Of a stretch of DNA of 57,075 bases, positions 37,201 through 43,482 are shown piece after piece. Source of the stretch: Trichomonas gallinae (lineage: Eukaryota); assembly GCA_008369845.1 (NCBI GenBank), contig MRSU01005831.1, positions 1 through 57,075 on the forward strand. The letters run 5' to 3'. The position numbers were made by a program, and so were the translations under genes. Below the pieces are notes generated by a model, which saw nothing but the letters and a program-made list of their open reading frames with translations, did no database searches and was not told the DNA's origin. Within the stretch, counting starts at the first letter, position 1. Every line of letters starts with the position of its first letter.

Positions 37201-40200
37201 CGCGCCATCCAGAAGATGTCTGCTGTTGAGCAGCTCCTTCAGACACTCATGGCCCTCAAGTTCGCCGCCGCAACAAACAACCCGAAGGCCGCCAAGTTCG
37301 CTCGCACTGAGGAAGGCCAGAACGTTCTTAGACAGAACATCCCACAGCACGACTTGATCCAACAGCAGCAGTCCATCACACAGCAGCTCGGATTCATCAA
37401 CCTTCCAGAGTCACTCAAGCTCATCCACTCTCAGATGTCCCCAGAAGAAATCCTCAACCAGGCCAGAATCATCAACTCTGCCATCGACACACTCACAAAG
37501 AATGCTGACAAGATCAACCCAGAGAACCTCACACAGCAGGAACTTCTCAAGGAACTCTTCGCTCAGCAGATCCAGCAGGCAAAGGAGAACCCAAGCACAT
37601 TCGGCAACCACTACGTCGACCAGGAGCTCACAGAGAATGCCCTCACATTCCTCGACAACACCCAGGACAAGCTCGCCATCATGCGTGCCATTCATGCTAT
37701 GGCCAACCCATATACAGGCGTTCCAAACAAGCCAGGCAAGCCAGTCCTCGCAAAGACACTCGACACTGTCGCTAACCAGGTCAACAACCCAACCAACGAA
37801 CTTCCAAAGCTTAACGGTGCTGAGCAGGAGGCTGTTCAGTACGCTATGGCAGTCCTCTCCAGCCCAGAGTTCCTCAAGTTCGCTCCAAAGCGCAATGAGT
37901 CCGTTTCATCCGCCAACGCTACAACAATCACTTCTCTTGCCAACCAGCTCACACCAGCTTCTGGCAATGATCTTTTCGTTGCGCCAGCCGCCGCAGGTGT
38001 CAACAACTCCTACGAGAAGAATGATATGGTTACAAACGCTCTCCAGTTCGCCACACTCCTTAACAACATCAAGAAGGCTCTTAACGCTGTTGCCCCAGGC
38101 GTTAAGCCTGCCGCTAAGGATGCCCACAAGGCTCATGTTATTGAGGAAATCGAGAACTTCAAGAACACACCACTCAAGGACTACAACGCAAAGATCAAGG
38201 CCATGAAGCCAGACGAGCAAGCTACACTCCTCGCCGTCATTGATGGAACACTCGCTACACTCAATGACGCTAATACCAAGCTCAACGGCTCTGACTTCCG
38301 CAACTTCATCTTCGACAAGGCTGCCCTCCTCGCCATGCAGCAGAAGGGCACACCAGACCCACTCTCCGCCGCCAAGATCGAAGAGCTCTCGCAGCAGGCC
38401 GCCAAGCGCCGCAAGGAAGTTGACATGGGTCTTAAGCTCAGCGACCTTATCATCAAGCGTGGCAAGATCACAGATGTTCCACCAGCTACAACAGTTGGTA
38501 AGGATGCTATGAAGGCTTCCATGGATGAAGTCCTCAAGCAGCTCGAAATGTCATTCAACGCCCTCAACGGCCACCTCGGTCGCTTCAACGATGATGAGCT
38601 TGCTAACCAGCAGGCGGTCCTTCTCAGCACAGGTATCCTTCAGCACTCCGTCAACTTCGACACCATCCAGCAGCTCGCCGATGCCCAGCTCCAGAACCAA
38701 CTCCTCAGAGGCAGCTCCAACTCTGTCCTCAACTCCATCAAGTTCATGGAGGAGCAGCAGAACCTTCTTGAGAAGCTTCTCAACATTGCCAAGAAGATCA
38801 ACGCTATCATCAAGGATGCCAAGGCCGGCCAGTACTCTCTCCAGGAGTACGCTCAGGCTCAGGATGCCATCGCCACAATGTGCGGCATCTCCGACGAGCA
38901 GCTTGACCTCTTCATCGCTTCACAGAAGAAGGAGCAGCTCATCTGCCAGGCAGGCCAGATCGCTGAGATCATTGCAATGATCAACAACTGCGCCAAGCAG
39001 CCAATCACAGACTTCCTTGTCAACATCCCAGAGTTCGATCTTTCAGTCCGTGCTAACAACGAGACACCATCTAACCACCAGCTCGCAACAGCAGAGTCCA
39101 ACCTCTTCGCTGCCATCCTTAGACTCCTTCCATCCATGTCTATGGTTCCAATCGCTGAGTGCAAGAACATCCTTTCTACAGAGACACAAACAGCAGGTGT
39201 TCTTCTAACAAGACTCCTCAACCACAAGGGTACATCATACCCAATCGACGCAGCTACACTCCTTCAGTTCATGCCACAGCTCTGCGCAGCCGCCATTCGT
39301 GTCATCCCATCACTCCCAGAGCCAGTCCGCAAGCTCATTGGTGCCTCCGCCACAGACTTGGCCATCTCCGCCGCCAAGATCTCAACAACAGGCGCCAACC
39401 TTGCCGATCCAAAGGCTTCTCAGGAGTTCTACAAGAACGTCGAGAAGCTCCTTACAGCTATCCGCGCTCTCAACGCCATCTGCTCCGAGCAGGGTATCGA
39501 ACTCAAGAGTATCGATGCTCTCGCCAACGTCAAGCGCTCCATCGACACAAAGGATGTTGATGATATCGCTATGTCCCTCATCGATACACATGCCATCAAC
39601 GCTGCCAACACAGCTTCCAACACTAAGGATGCTCCACTTGATGCCCTCAAACAGCCACTTGCTGATGTCGAAGGACCAACATTCGAGATCCAGTCAAGAC
39701 AGGTCACAATCACTCCAGAGCTCGACAGCAAGCTTACAGCCCTCAAGCCGAAGCTCATCGAGGTCATCTCCGCCCACACACCAGATCCAATCAAGGAGAT
39801 CAACTCCATCCAGAACATTAGAACAGCTCGCGATGGCCTCCTCGACAAGCGCGCCAAGTTCCAGACTGGCGTTAACAGCTTCGTCAGATCAGTTTCCCGC
39901 AAGGACCGCAAGCTCGTCAAGAATGCCATCACAGACATTCTTACAACAGTCTCCACTGGCGAGTCTATGGCTGCCCGCTCTCTCATCGTGACAAACGCTG
40001 CCAACCCAGGCAACTTCTCCGACCTTGTCAGCAAGTTCGCCATGTCCGTCTCATCTCTCAAGGCTATCGAAGACTTATCCACAGACACATCCGCCAACTC
40101 CACAACTGTCCGCAGAACAACACGTTCACTCAACAGAATGATCGACTCACTCATCGATATGCTCGAAGATGCTGAGACACCACAGTGGACAGAGAAGCCA

Positions 40201-41682
40201 ACGAAGCCAATTGATTGCGCCAAGCTCGAGGTCCTCAAGTCCCTCGTCGGCACAATCCAGGTCCTCATGGGTGCAGTTGCCGCTCACAGCAGTGCTAAGA
40301 TCCCAGAAACATTCGCAGAGAGCCTTAAGAAGTGCTTACCACAGTTGAAGTCTGCTCTTGAAGGCGTCAAGAAGAGTTCTCAAGCAATCGAGCCCATCAA
40401 CACAGATAAGAACGCTTACATCGCTTTCAGCAAGGACGTCAACGATTACATCGCCAGCAACGAGGAGCTCTCCAACAACCTTTCTGACATCACACTCCAG
40501 AGCTTGCTTGACGGCCTCTCAAAGATCGCGTCCGCATCACACGCCACAATGGCTTCCCTCAACAGACTCACAGATGTTGAGATCGAAGAGCCAGATCTTG
40601 AAGCCGCTGACTTGCTTCCACAGCACTTTACAATGCCCCCAGTCCCATCCAACATCACCCAATCTCTTGCAGACCAGGCCCAAGCACTCGCCAAGGCTGC
40701 CGCCGAAGTCAAGAACTTCGAGAAGACATTCTTCACGAACGCAGCTGCCAAGGATAACAAGAAGACAGCCAACTCTCTTGTCGAGTACACGAAGTCCATG
40801 AAGGCCGCCATCGAGAGGATCCTCGGTGTTTCCGCCACAACGATGACCCTCAGCCACCAGACAGCCCTCACAAACAGTGCTTCCTCACTCGTCAACAGCA
40901 TGGATTCACTCGTCACAGCCCTCAGGAACAGATTCCTCCTCAGAGGCGACTGGAAGAACTCCTCAGAAGAGGCCAAGCAGACACTCGGCGCCGAGTTAGA
41001 CAACGCCGTCAAGCTCGCTAACGAAGCAGTAGAAATTGCCCGCCGCGAAGAAGCAGCGAACGATGCCTACACAAAGAAGCTTCGTGCCGCCCTCAAGCCA
41101 CTCCAGACAGCATCCTCCAAGGTCGAATCACAGCTCCAGGCTGCCCAGGAGCTCCCAACATCCATGTCCAGAGAATGGGCCCTCCAGATCCTTTCTCTCG
41201 GCAGTGCCCTCGCCAAGGCTACAACAAAGATCCTCCTTCACTCCAAGGAGCACCCATCTGCCAACTCCAATGCTCATGCAGACATGGGCGAGAACGTTAC
41301 AGCCGAACTCGGCAAGCTCTCACAGGCCGTCGAAAAGATTCTCGGCGGTGCTGAGGAGCCAGAAGCAATCGTCATGACTGTAATGGACGCCCTCGGCGCA
41401 ATCTGCGCCAAGTTCACAAAGGGCTCTGGCATCGAAGACCAGGGCCTTCTCGAAGCCTTCAACATTGTCGCAAAGACTTCCAGGAATGTCAAGGATACCG
41501 CAGAAGGCATCCTTTCCCAGAAGCGCGCGGCAAAGGAGAAGTCTACAGCCAGGGCTGGAGAAATCCAGGCAAGGAAGCAGTCCAAGCCAGTCCTCTTAAA
41601 GAGACTCGACCTCGAAGCTCGTGTTATCAGAGCCCGTACAATTCTCGAGCGTTATGAGGCCGCAGTCAACGCTATGCAGTAA
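25225..41682 (+). CDS. Giant talin-like protein (5485 aa): orphan F0 + 5x(F0-F1-F2-F3 FERM head) + helical rod + I/LWEQ-like C-terminus
   Basis: Uninterrupted 16.46-kb ORF with strong C-ending/AAG/ACA/CCA codon bias. The talin F1 end motif (L..TL.EQ....L.LRRKFF) and F2/F3 junction motif (Y...AR.L..YG) each recur five times. The rod is Ala/Leu-rich and amphipathic. The C-terminus aligns by eye with the talin I/LWEQ helices and dimerisation helix. Confidence 0.85.
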   Translation: MSVIRLYTSAGLDDPNPRMNQYGAQYTGEQFLQLACYTHGIEYNNTYVVRYISRYGYEAVLNYQDTLEQQGLVDDMHLFIAWASDTRPLPYPQYNSQQQVGYQSQPQVNLPQLELPNLQSQSFQTQQQQASYFNFDIPQFESGIMPQEIQQYDSVSQFDPNAQEQSADDLDVRIKTVDSFDTSVFDTQTQLGFHDQDSETIQAYTLNGFQTNTLMPVTYGKSYSFSQVISAATESLGLRYEDYSILLVFSDDDMRWFDHSKYLEDYSVFNGMKFCIFPTEYQIKVESTVFNNTNQYIIGITDTVETIVKKIAQVENIENPSDFTLFREEEKDKDGKKKKTLRPLSLFQDLPHQCDDFKSLVLKRRFFIFSAADLVSPASILMAFDDAFDEIRTNKKIYMSEDTAVELTAYAYVVDHPELRLDSDNPPETKKHRPYQYKNGKNFNKQVYDFLSSRGLPDTNNAARLFIRIARTLPGFGMIRFKCFIEVDKVETRCECLCTPHDFLIYNEEARKTYYRIPYHSIVNLTNEEDVVTVNYSLQRNVGSVNIRAGHSEEIYDVIQSFHTIQRNLLLERARLRLEGKWRGPVSEMDRLKLDTYNSISDKEPKQIEYDKSFTGKMVLQLAMKELRLPVEKIDDYAVLCQIHTNRKWLNNDVTVGQLGVFEGSKLYILTKKVKINVKFGEQDEKLFLDLTEPCQSVVTDIFKQVNQPYVHGYALFHHKNNEMEPLDYKYSIPEQTLHFQTLYLKRRFFMLSKDDFASVQLSKIGYADSHDYFLNAQCQATDSVLQELTTLSLLIDGKDDAYVQSKDFQLEKWVPASYKMNKAFKQKFIKEFPSYPRQEKEINYIRKYMKIVRDVPYFGAEMQNVKYRVIDLKNKKKGKDLNGEFRYCPLLVYLMDDNGKQVYKIPWTLVIRTKIMKDSIHFTFCDSTHHTSKENVVTLEIRTKDMQRFQTMVDGSLNIYQQMLKERQRELQRQRAETAQKLAGGWQDQYGVIHGPMIDLMISPDLGGYKKSKLTFWIDLAATGDELVDQMSRYFKIDQKPNQVYSVVIISPDGNFSWVGPKESLLDISPTRKSHLVILNTTPLMKITSASNISKTIKLDITQPLKDLLKNIAGKYGISNFLGYTLFTPNSQNNGELVPLELVKSIPEQTYNFDDIVFRRRFYMISRADFLDNRALWQTYSDIVELVLSGSMDLTNEQVAELAYYQLIAEKNEKLEAKNIPDDLNKYVPKNMKLARTMAKDLKNYCKVMPIEDPNDARRKYIALARSIETFGSEIYQVQYFDNVKGKVVAKDCLLYVTPYKIYTVDLQTKKKLMCFEYCNLLDVNQVDDMLSLTHCTNNGHRLFDLFKSPQAALIKQIITSYIHIGIEILNNAIAEGLDVEEVATCYRITVNASYVLAEKNISQSIALDSRLNGKQVSARVSKLMGLHPRGEYACMLNFTPQDHKWCLDNELIGNLRPYENISMSVFNRYMKIKISLDGVTYTYPAVDVTKTIRELIPRLAAHFDIEMPVGYSIIRADNNEPLDLRYTIPEQAPIFDAFIFRRIYFITSKYDMQNDFIVTKLAEDFKMSALNGGAIISETEMLELAVYDVFMHSDNPESVKKMVFNSLDGFLPAGMASKPQYITKLNNILATTPAMSSGNAARQYILQVSKLNGFDRQVFNAKVIDDEKKEELPVHLTVSSTQLKVTYDTTSRETISVSMKHVLNCQSIQDDLRIRIESDEGDSTVMKIRTQEAEQIEKKITQIIKCVVPDLKTREQVMKTCFYNTNNIPHEAGEVPIIFASRFNERRPRVIMINPNKTAAQAVELLQQHFFIKDPSYRIGFFASDYSFGFLGDAMPLKNIYTRPDIVLYFMKPSTESYIESALNFITKHKIQIDDPINTICQTILGQLGMGVEDGYTLYTPDFTPLDIALSLPYQTDMIWDLYLRRRFYVFTYQFFDKPENISSLYDDCKLAVTSGSIPTTEDLAAYLGIYSVYAQIASVSDFNAHLEKFGTASVLPIAFQNSENAIKKVDTISRSIIPISAPDAQAKYIAEVCQLRGFGAEYHDVEFKTAFKDWRPGVLSLSPFFIQVETGGKIVDTIDYTKIIHYYPDETGCIILRYYNDNNFINFIQIRSPHTNQIFTYINTLAHFMNQYGHLLSIDEIRAILLKLKNNPNGGELGYGQDYDPGLFQFDNMDLTSFDTDNLKIEDINLDYLEKNRDYDDYTFGGNDVQVQFDLHDAPDAVMAAYNDPSNWWKANQLGHSINKSKNAMENIERCLRQIMDDFNKMTPEQFNARLNAIDDMMALINPDDLGDDFKAEYAKLKDLIKGLRDLGRMIEQSDQELYRYQGQIEDMIKDALGHCPNLKKLIELRAQQVAKDNQTPLTPVSRSLIALTDLQDKLTCDLLRNLDKLKGLGFDTRALIRNLQNSADTLTRLAANFTDATDPKVLDQHIIPQLEQLGNLMTLLQQLIEKANVDDPQLRELLATLAGGREAVEASLVDFSNRSKLAAGDQNATLLNNRKAVNATLLNLIKAKKYIDENLGKMPADLKKEAQDLSQILTNAALALAVDPNNTLPSHQAMDALRLLLGKLNGKKSPALKGTISDLGMFLDELEAALRATSFINIIPANVDKVVDDAMIMIRRFSALNTEEWASRDKPGLASTEKAVTDLKTNVDLIENHIKELRKNMVNGAAQRQMQVDLLRLANELPNMQQAVELIFKNTNDNSFQVILERLITDLDAALYDMPPNEDIGRCAHIEKYHKAMTAVANIMNTSHRTMQLEAMKKHPATIAKLDTILDKVADFYTNLVRDRAELHEHPFAKETINEAIQDLEKVSKVMNLLRLPATEVSEITHNNELDNGITDAIKAINIAVAALNDAPLTVYRLPPTAEAIKNVKDQTNQYIKQLEALAKQDAIANNKSHADKVNKELEYMKKKLAQMNQLKPYDIQQLYNILEKMLQHAERLPSKLSNLPSTPGPSPEAIAKPEVAALRNVLKVTIPTPEHATREILECIDPTDNLIKALENLKKDKDVAKNKEMMAALDAWIKALKAGENMLRSVPKSGNTVQSLKALLPQLVGLNNDVQNVPSVIRKELDQKLMDKLLDTLGLANAKLSQAVTCVRNLPTKGTVNADINLFRRFDNDNELDEAIPEMAQQFSDISQLIKSIAEIPQLGNRPNTKMLIDEMAALLNQLSIDVNSAKADEKKLLPVLNNSRDRLAQVAANSELVSPIVGVPKLPEIAKNVSTNSQTISRLLEKPHFNAQKTKEFTALIEPLLKKLAEALNNQWYLQNANTPALAPMKELPSNTQGWLNNIKGAKPGAAQRICDDIHTTLSNLIGLIMEYPELNNIANAIFNILDATGKYTSTSKGSGFSTQLYPKTRVVPPEILSQALGLLSEFLAGNTSNLPPNVLAALEDVLMSIADKAEMLQPFVKYAAQLLAPQVASGDPVTAARAALIAALTSDNPEARAALIEDLAVRNYVRTANALNNLATEVESLNGNYPEEVDYRLSALKHAIAVADTKLLVKCGSISAAIILLDPLHNVQQAARLLIQSAGRAKLDNEFSNLPAALNDYETWLYESDMALTNLFNGQVDSLLVNLEQAMSDDTAHALPKTAQKFVRDMVVPLKRKERLMTIKWEDMANEAKTYLQFTTDTLPAIKSSSVVSNGRENVIAIADAINKINPAIRMWSAMANKIDEPKFRCQTEADLGNYVANGNRLNNLATNPGVFATEEGRLETCIHDAMWAHSLAKFEPKTKDKVDNINRLVNSLNKSMASSPLVTKQMLGMLLDKLGEMLNEIVKTYPIDFSKQFMDDTAKEFDMDLITDKECLAAAKVIKAELERSKKHVDATKNEKQVKKQDGTNVIPRSVLNVNTANEEKPSGRAALENLAAETFYQFELQTRLAELQQLLLQLYPDLIKFLENPQQVQAALSQLDAGDLERTANEINNMLGLLNDPQKFDKYAKGLSQEQVFNELLLLRHYSDALQKQPVRNAYNTAEIMKWVQENPASEADPARAIQKMSAVEQLLQTLMALKFAAATNNPKAAKFARTEEGQNVLRQNIPQHDLIQQQQSITQQLGFINLPESLKLIHSQMSPEEILNQARIINSAIDTLTKNADKINPENLTQQELLKELFAQQIQQAKENPSTFGNHYVDQELTENALTFLDNTQDKLAIMRAIHAMANPYTGVPNKPGKPVLAKTLDTVANQVNNPTNELPKLNGAEQEAVQYAMAVLSSPEFLKFAPKRNESVSSANATTITSLANQLTPASGNDLFVAPAAAGVNNSYEKNDMVTNALQFATLLNNIKKALNAVAPGVKPAAKDAHKAHVIEEIENFKNTPLKDYNAKIKAMKPDEQATLLAVIDGTLATLNDANTKLNGSDFRNFIFDKAALLAMQQKGTPDPLSAAKIEELSQQAAKRRKEVDMGLKLSDLIIKRGKITDVPPATTVGKDAMKASMDEVLKQLEMSFNALNGHLGRFNDDELANQQAVLLSTGILQHSVNFDTIQQLADAQLQNQLLRGSSNSVLNSIKFMEEQQNLLEKLLNIAKKINAIIKDAKAGQYSLQEYAQAQDAIATMCGISDEQLDLFIASQKKEQLICQAGQIAEIIAMINNCAKQPITDFLVNIPEFDLSVRANNETPSNHQLATAESNLFAAILRLLPSMSMVPIAECKNILSTETQTAGVLLTRLLNHKGTSYPIDAATLLQFMPQLCAAAIRVIPSLPEPVRKLIGASATDLAISAAKISTTGANLADPKASQEFYKNVEKLLTAIRALNAICSEQGIELKSIDALANVKRSIDTKDVDDIAMSLIDTHAINAANTASNTKDAPLDALKQPLADVEGPTFEIQSRQVTITPELDSKLTALKPKLIEVISAHTPDPIKEINSIQNIRTARDGLLDKRAKFQTGVNSFVRSVSRKDRKLVKNAITDILTTVSTGESMAARSLIVTNAANPGNFSDLVSKFAMSVSSLKAIEDLSTDTSANSTTVRRTTRSLNRMIDSLIDMLEDAETPQWTEKPTKPIDCAKLEVLKSLVGTIQVLMGAVAAHSSAKIPETFAESLKKCLPQLKSALEGVKKSSQAIEPINTDKNAYIAFSKDVNDYIASNEELSNNLSDITLQSLLDGLSKIASASHATMASLNRLTDVEIEEPDLEAADLLPQHFTMPPVPSNITQSLADQAQALAKAAAEVKNFEKTFFTNAAAKDNKKTANSLVEYTKSMKAAIERILGVSATTMTLSHQTALTNSASSLVNSMDSLVTALRNRFLLRGDWKNSSEEAKQTLGAELDNAVKLANEAVEIARREEAANDAYTKKLRAALKPLQTASSKVESQLQAAQELPTSMSREWALQILSLGSALAKATTKILLHSKEHPSANSNAHADMGENVTAELGKLSQAVEKILGGAEEPEAIVMTVMDALGAICAKFTKGSGIEDQGLLEAFNIVAKTSRNVKDTAEGILSQKRAAKEKSTARAGEIQARKQSKPVLLKRLDLEARVIRARTILERYEAAVNAMQ
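25822..31630 (+). repeat. Five tandem talin-type FERM head modules (~383-414 aa period)
   Basis: F1 motifs: KRRFF (26311), KRRFF (27460), RRRFY (28702), RRIYF (29851), RRRFY (31003). F2/F3 motifs: ARTLPGFG, VRDVPYFG, ARSIETFG, VSKLNGFD, VCQLRGFG. Confidence 0.88.
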
Positions 41683-41710
41683 AGCATCATAGGTTTTTTA
41701 TTGATTAATT
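41680..41710 (+). terminator. Trichomonad-type 3'-processing signal: TAAA overlapping the stop, downstream TAATT, then a T-rich tract
   Basis: 'cagTAAAgcatc...ttgatTAATTtcactcatttttttt' fits the recalled T. vaginalis UAAA / Y(A)nAAUU / U-rich arrangement. Confidence 0.5.
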
Positions 41711-41942
41711 TCACTCATTTTTTTTATTTCAGTTTTTATTTATTGACATTGACTAAAGAAATCAATTCGAAATAATAATAATTGTATAAGAAGAGCGACA
41801 AATCAAAGCATAGACTGTTAGCAGTCTGCCATTATATACGATTTTCAAGTGTGAAATTAGTGGATTCAGCTCATATGATTCGTGATTTGTGATTTACATG
41901 TCAAAAATATGATATACGTTTTCCAAAAAAATTAAGCAAAAA

Positions 41943-42926
41943 ATGAACTCTTCAGACTCTAGCATTTTAGATTTGTCTAAAGAGTGGAAGATGAAAGCAG
42001 ACGAGACAATCAAGGCAACTATAGAAGAAATAAGCAAAGGATCTGAAAATTATACGCAAACTCAACTTAAAAGATCGAATGTTAACCAAATGCAGCAGCA
42101 AACAACAAAGCATCAAGCTACTCTTGCAGCAGCTGCCAAGGAAGGCGAAGAGAATGAAAAAGATCGCCAAGAATGGGCAAAAACTCAAATCAACGAATTA
42201 AATGATCAAACTAAAAACGAACTCGAATCAATTGAAGCACTTCGCGTCAAGCAGCAGGCTTTCTACCAGGCCCAGCTTGAAAGTAAGAACGAAGTCTGGG
42301 AGAAATGTCTTCAAGAAAGACGAGAAGAAGCACAGCGTCTTCGCGCGATGATCGAGCAGCTTAATTCTGATATCAATGTTGCTCGTGGAGAAGCAAAGGC
42401 TGACATTGAAGCCGCAAAGAAGCGCGCAAAAGAAAGTAAACAAATTATCAGAGTAAATCGCGAAAAACAGATTCAAAAAATTGCTGACTTAACAGCACAA
42501 ATACAGAAAGAGCGTAATGCACATGGTCCTAACTTAAAACAGACACTATCTCAGGCAAATCAATCTCTTGCACAGAAAAAGGAGCAAATGTCGCGCTTAG
42601 AACAGAATCTACTCACTCTCAAGTCTAAACTACGCGACAGGGAGAGCACAAACACCAACAAATTCCGCCAGCAAGTGAGAACAATCAAAGATCTCAGAGC
42701 TCAGCTTCAAGTTCAAAAAGACGCTGAAAAACAGAAGCAGCAGGAACTAATGAACATGAGGAAGATGTGCGCGTCAGTTTCAAGGAAGATTTCCGCCTAT
42801 AAAGATGAAGCTGCTTCACTCAAGAGACAACTAGCAATGATGACGAAGGACAACGAAGAGCTTCAGAGCGAAATTGTTAAACTTGAGCGCCAGATGTTCC
42901 CGCAGGTGTTCAAACCGGTCCAGTGA
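41943..42926 (+). CDS. Hypothetical long coiled-coil protein (327 aa)
   Basis: ATG-to-TGA ORF, almost entirely Q/E/K/R/A heptads; no family motif recognised. Confidence 0.8.
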   Translation: MNSSDSSILDLSKEWKMKADETIKATIEEISKGSENYTQTQLKRSNVNQMQQQTTKHQATLAAAAKEGEENEKDRQEWAKTQINELNDQTKNELESIEALRVKQQAFYQAQLESKNEVWEKCLQERREEAQRLRAMIEQLNSDINVARGEAKADIEAAKKRAKESKQIIRVNREKQIQKIADLTAQIQKERNAHGPNLKQTLSQANQSLAQKKEQMSRLEQNLLTLKSKLRDRESTNTNKFRQQVRTIKDLRAQLQVQKDAEKQKQQELMNMRKMCASVSRKISAYKDEAASLKRQLAMMTKDNEELQSEIVKLERQMFPQVFKPVQ

Positions 42927-43482
42927 TATGTTTTCTGTTAGATATTTTTATCCTATGTTTTTTGTTTAAAAATTTAGTGTTGTATTATTTTCTAATATAG
43001 TCTTGTTGCGCTTTCATCCAAAACAATAATTAATCATCTCAGAAAGATGCGGACTTCAAAGTCCATACTATTCATCTCAGTAAATTTCATGAAAAATTCT
43101 TTCACCAAAAACATGATGTTTTACACGACAAATTTTGACACAATTTTTGACACGTAATTTTTTTAAAGAAAAAATATTGTTGTAGGTATATGCATTAGCC
43201 TACTGCGACTCCATGACAAGATATGCAGAAGCCCTCATCAAACATCAAAAGTCAAGCCATCGACACTGACTCCTATAGTGAACCATATTCGGAAATTTGT
43301 CATTTTGACATTTTACAAATTAAGGTTATATTATAGTTGGGAAAAAAATATATTAAAACTAAATGTAAAAAGAATAGTATATGTAGTCCAGGACAAGTCA
43401 AGTCATTTTAAGTATTCATTATTACATTTAATGTAAATACTTGAGATTTGATATTAAATTTAAAAATAAAGAAAAAATTTTA

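Noticed and set aside
25442..41585. Dozens of overlapping alternative-frame and antisense ORFs (up to 316 aa) inside the talin-like gene
   Set aside because: These are shadow ORFs expected from strong codon bias (few TTA/CTA/TCA codons and C-ending preference). Their S/T/R-rich or L/V/D-rich translations are not protein-like.
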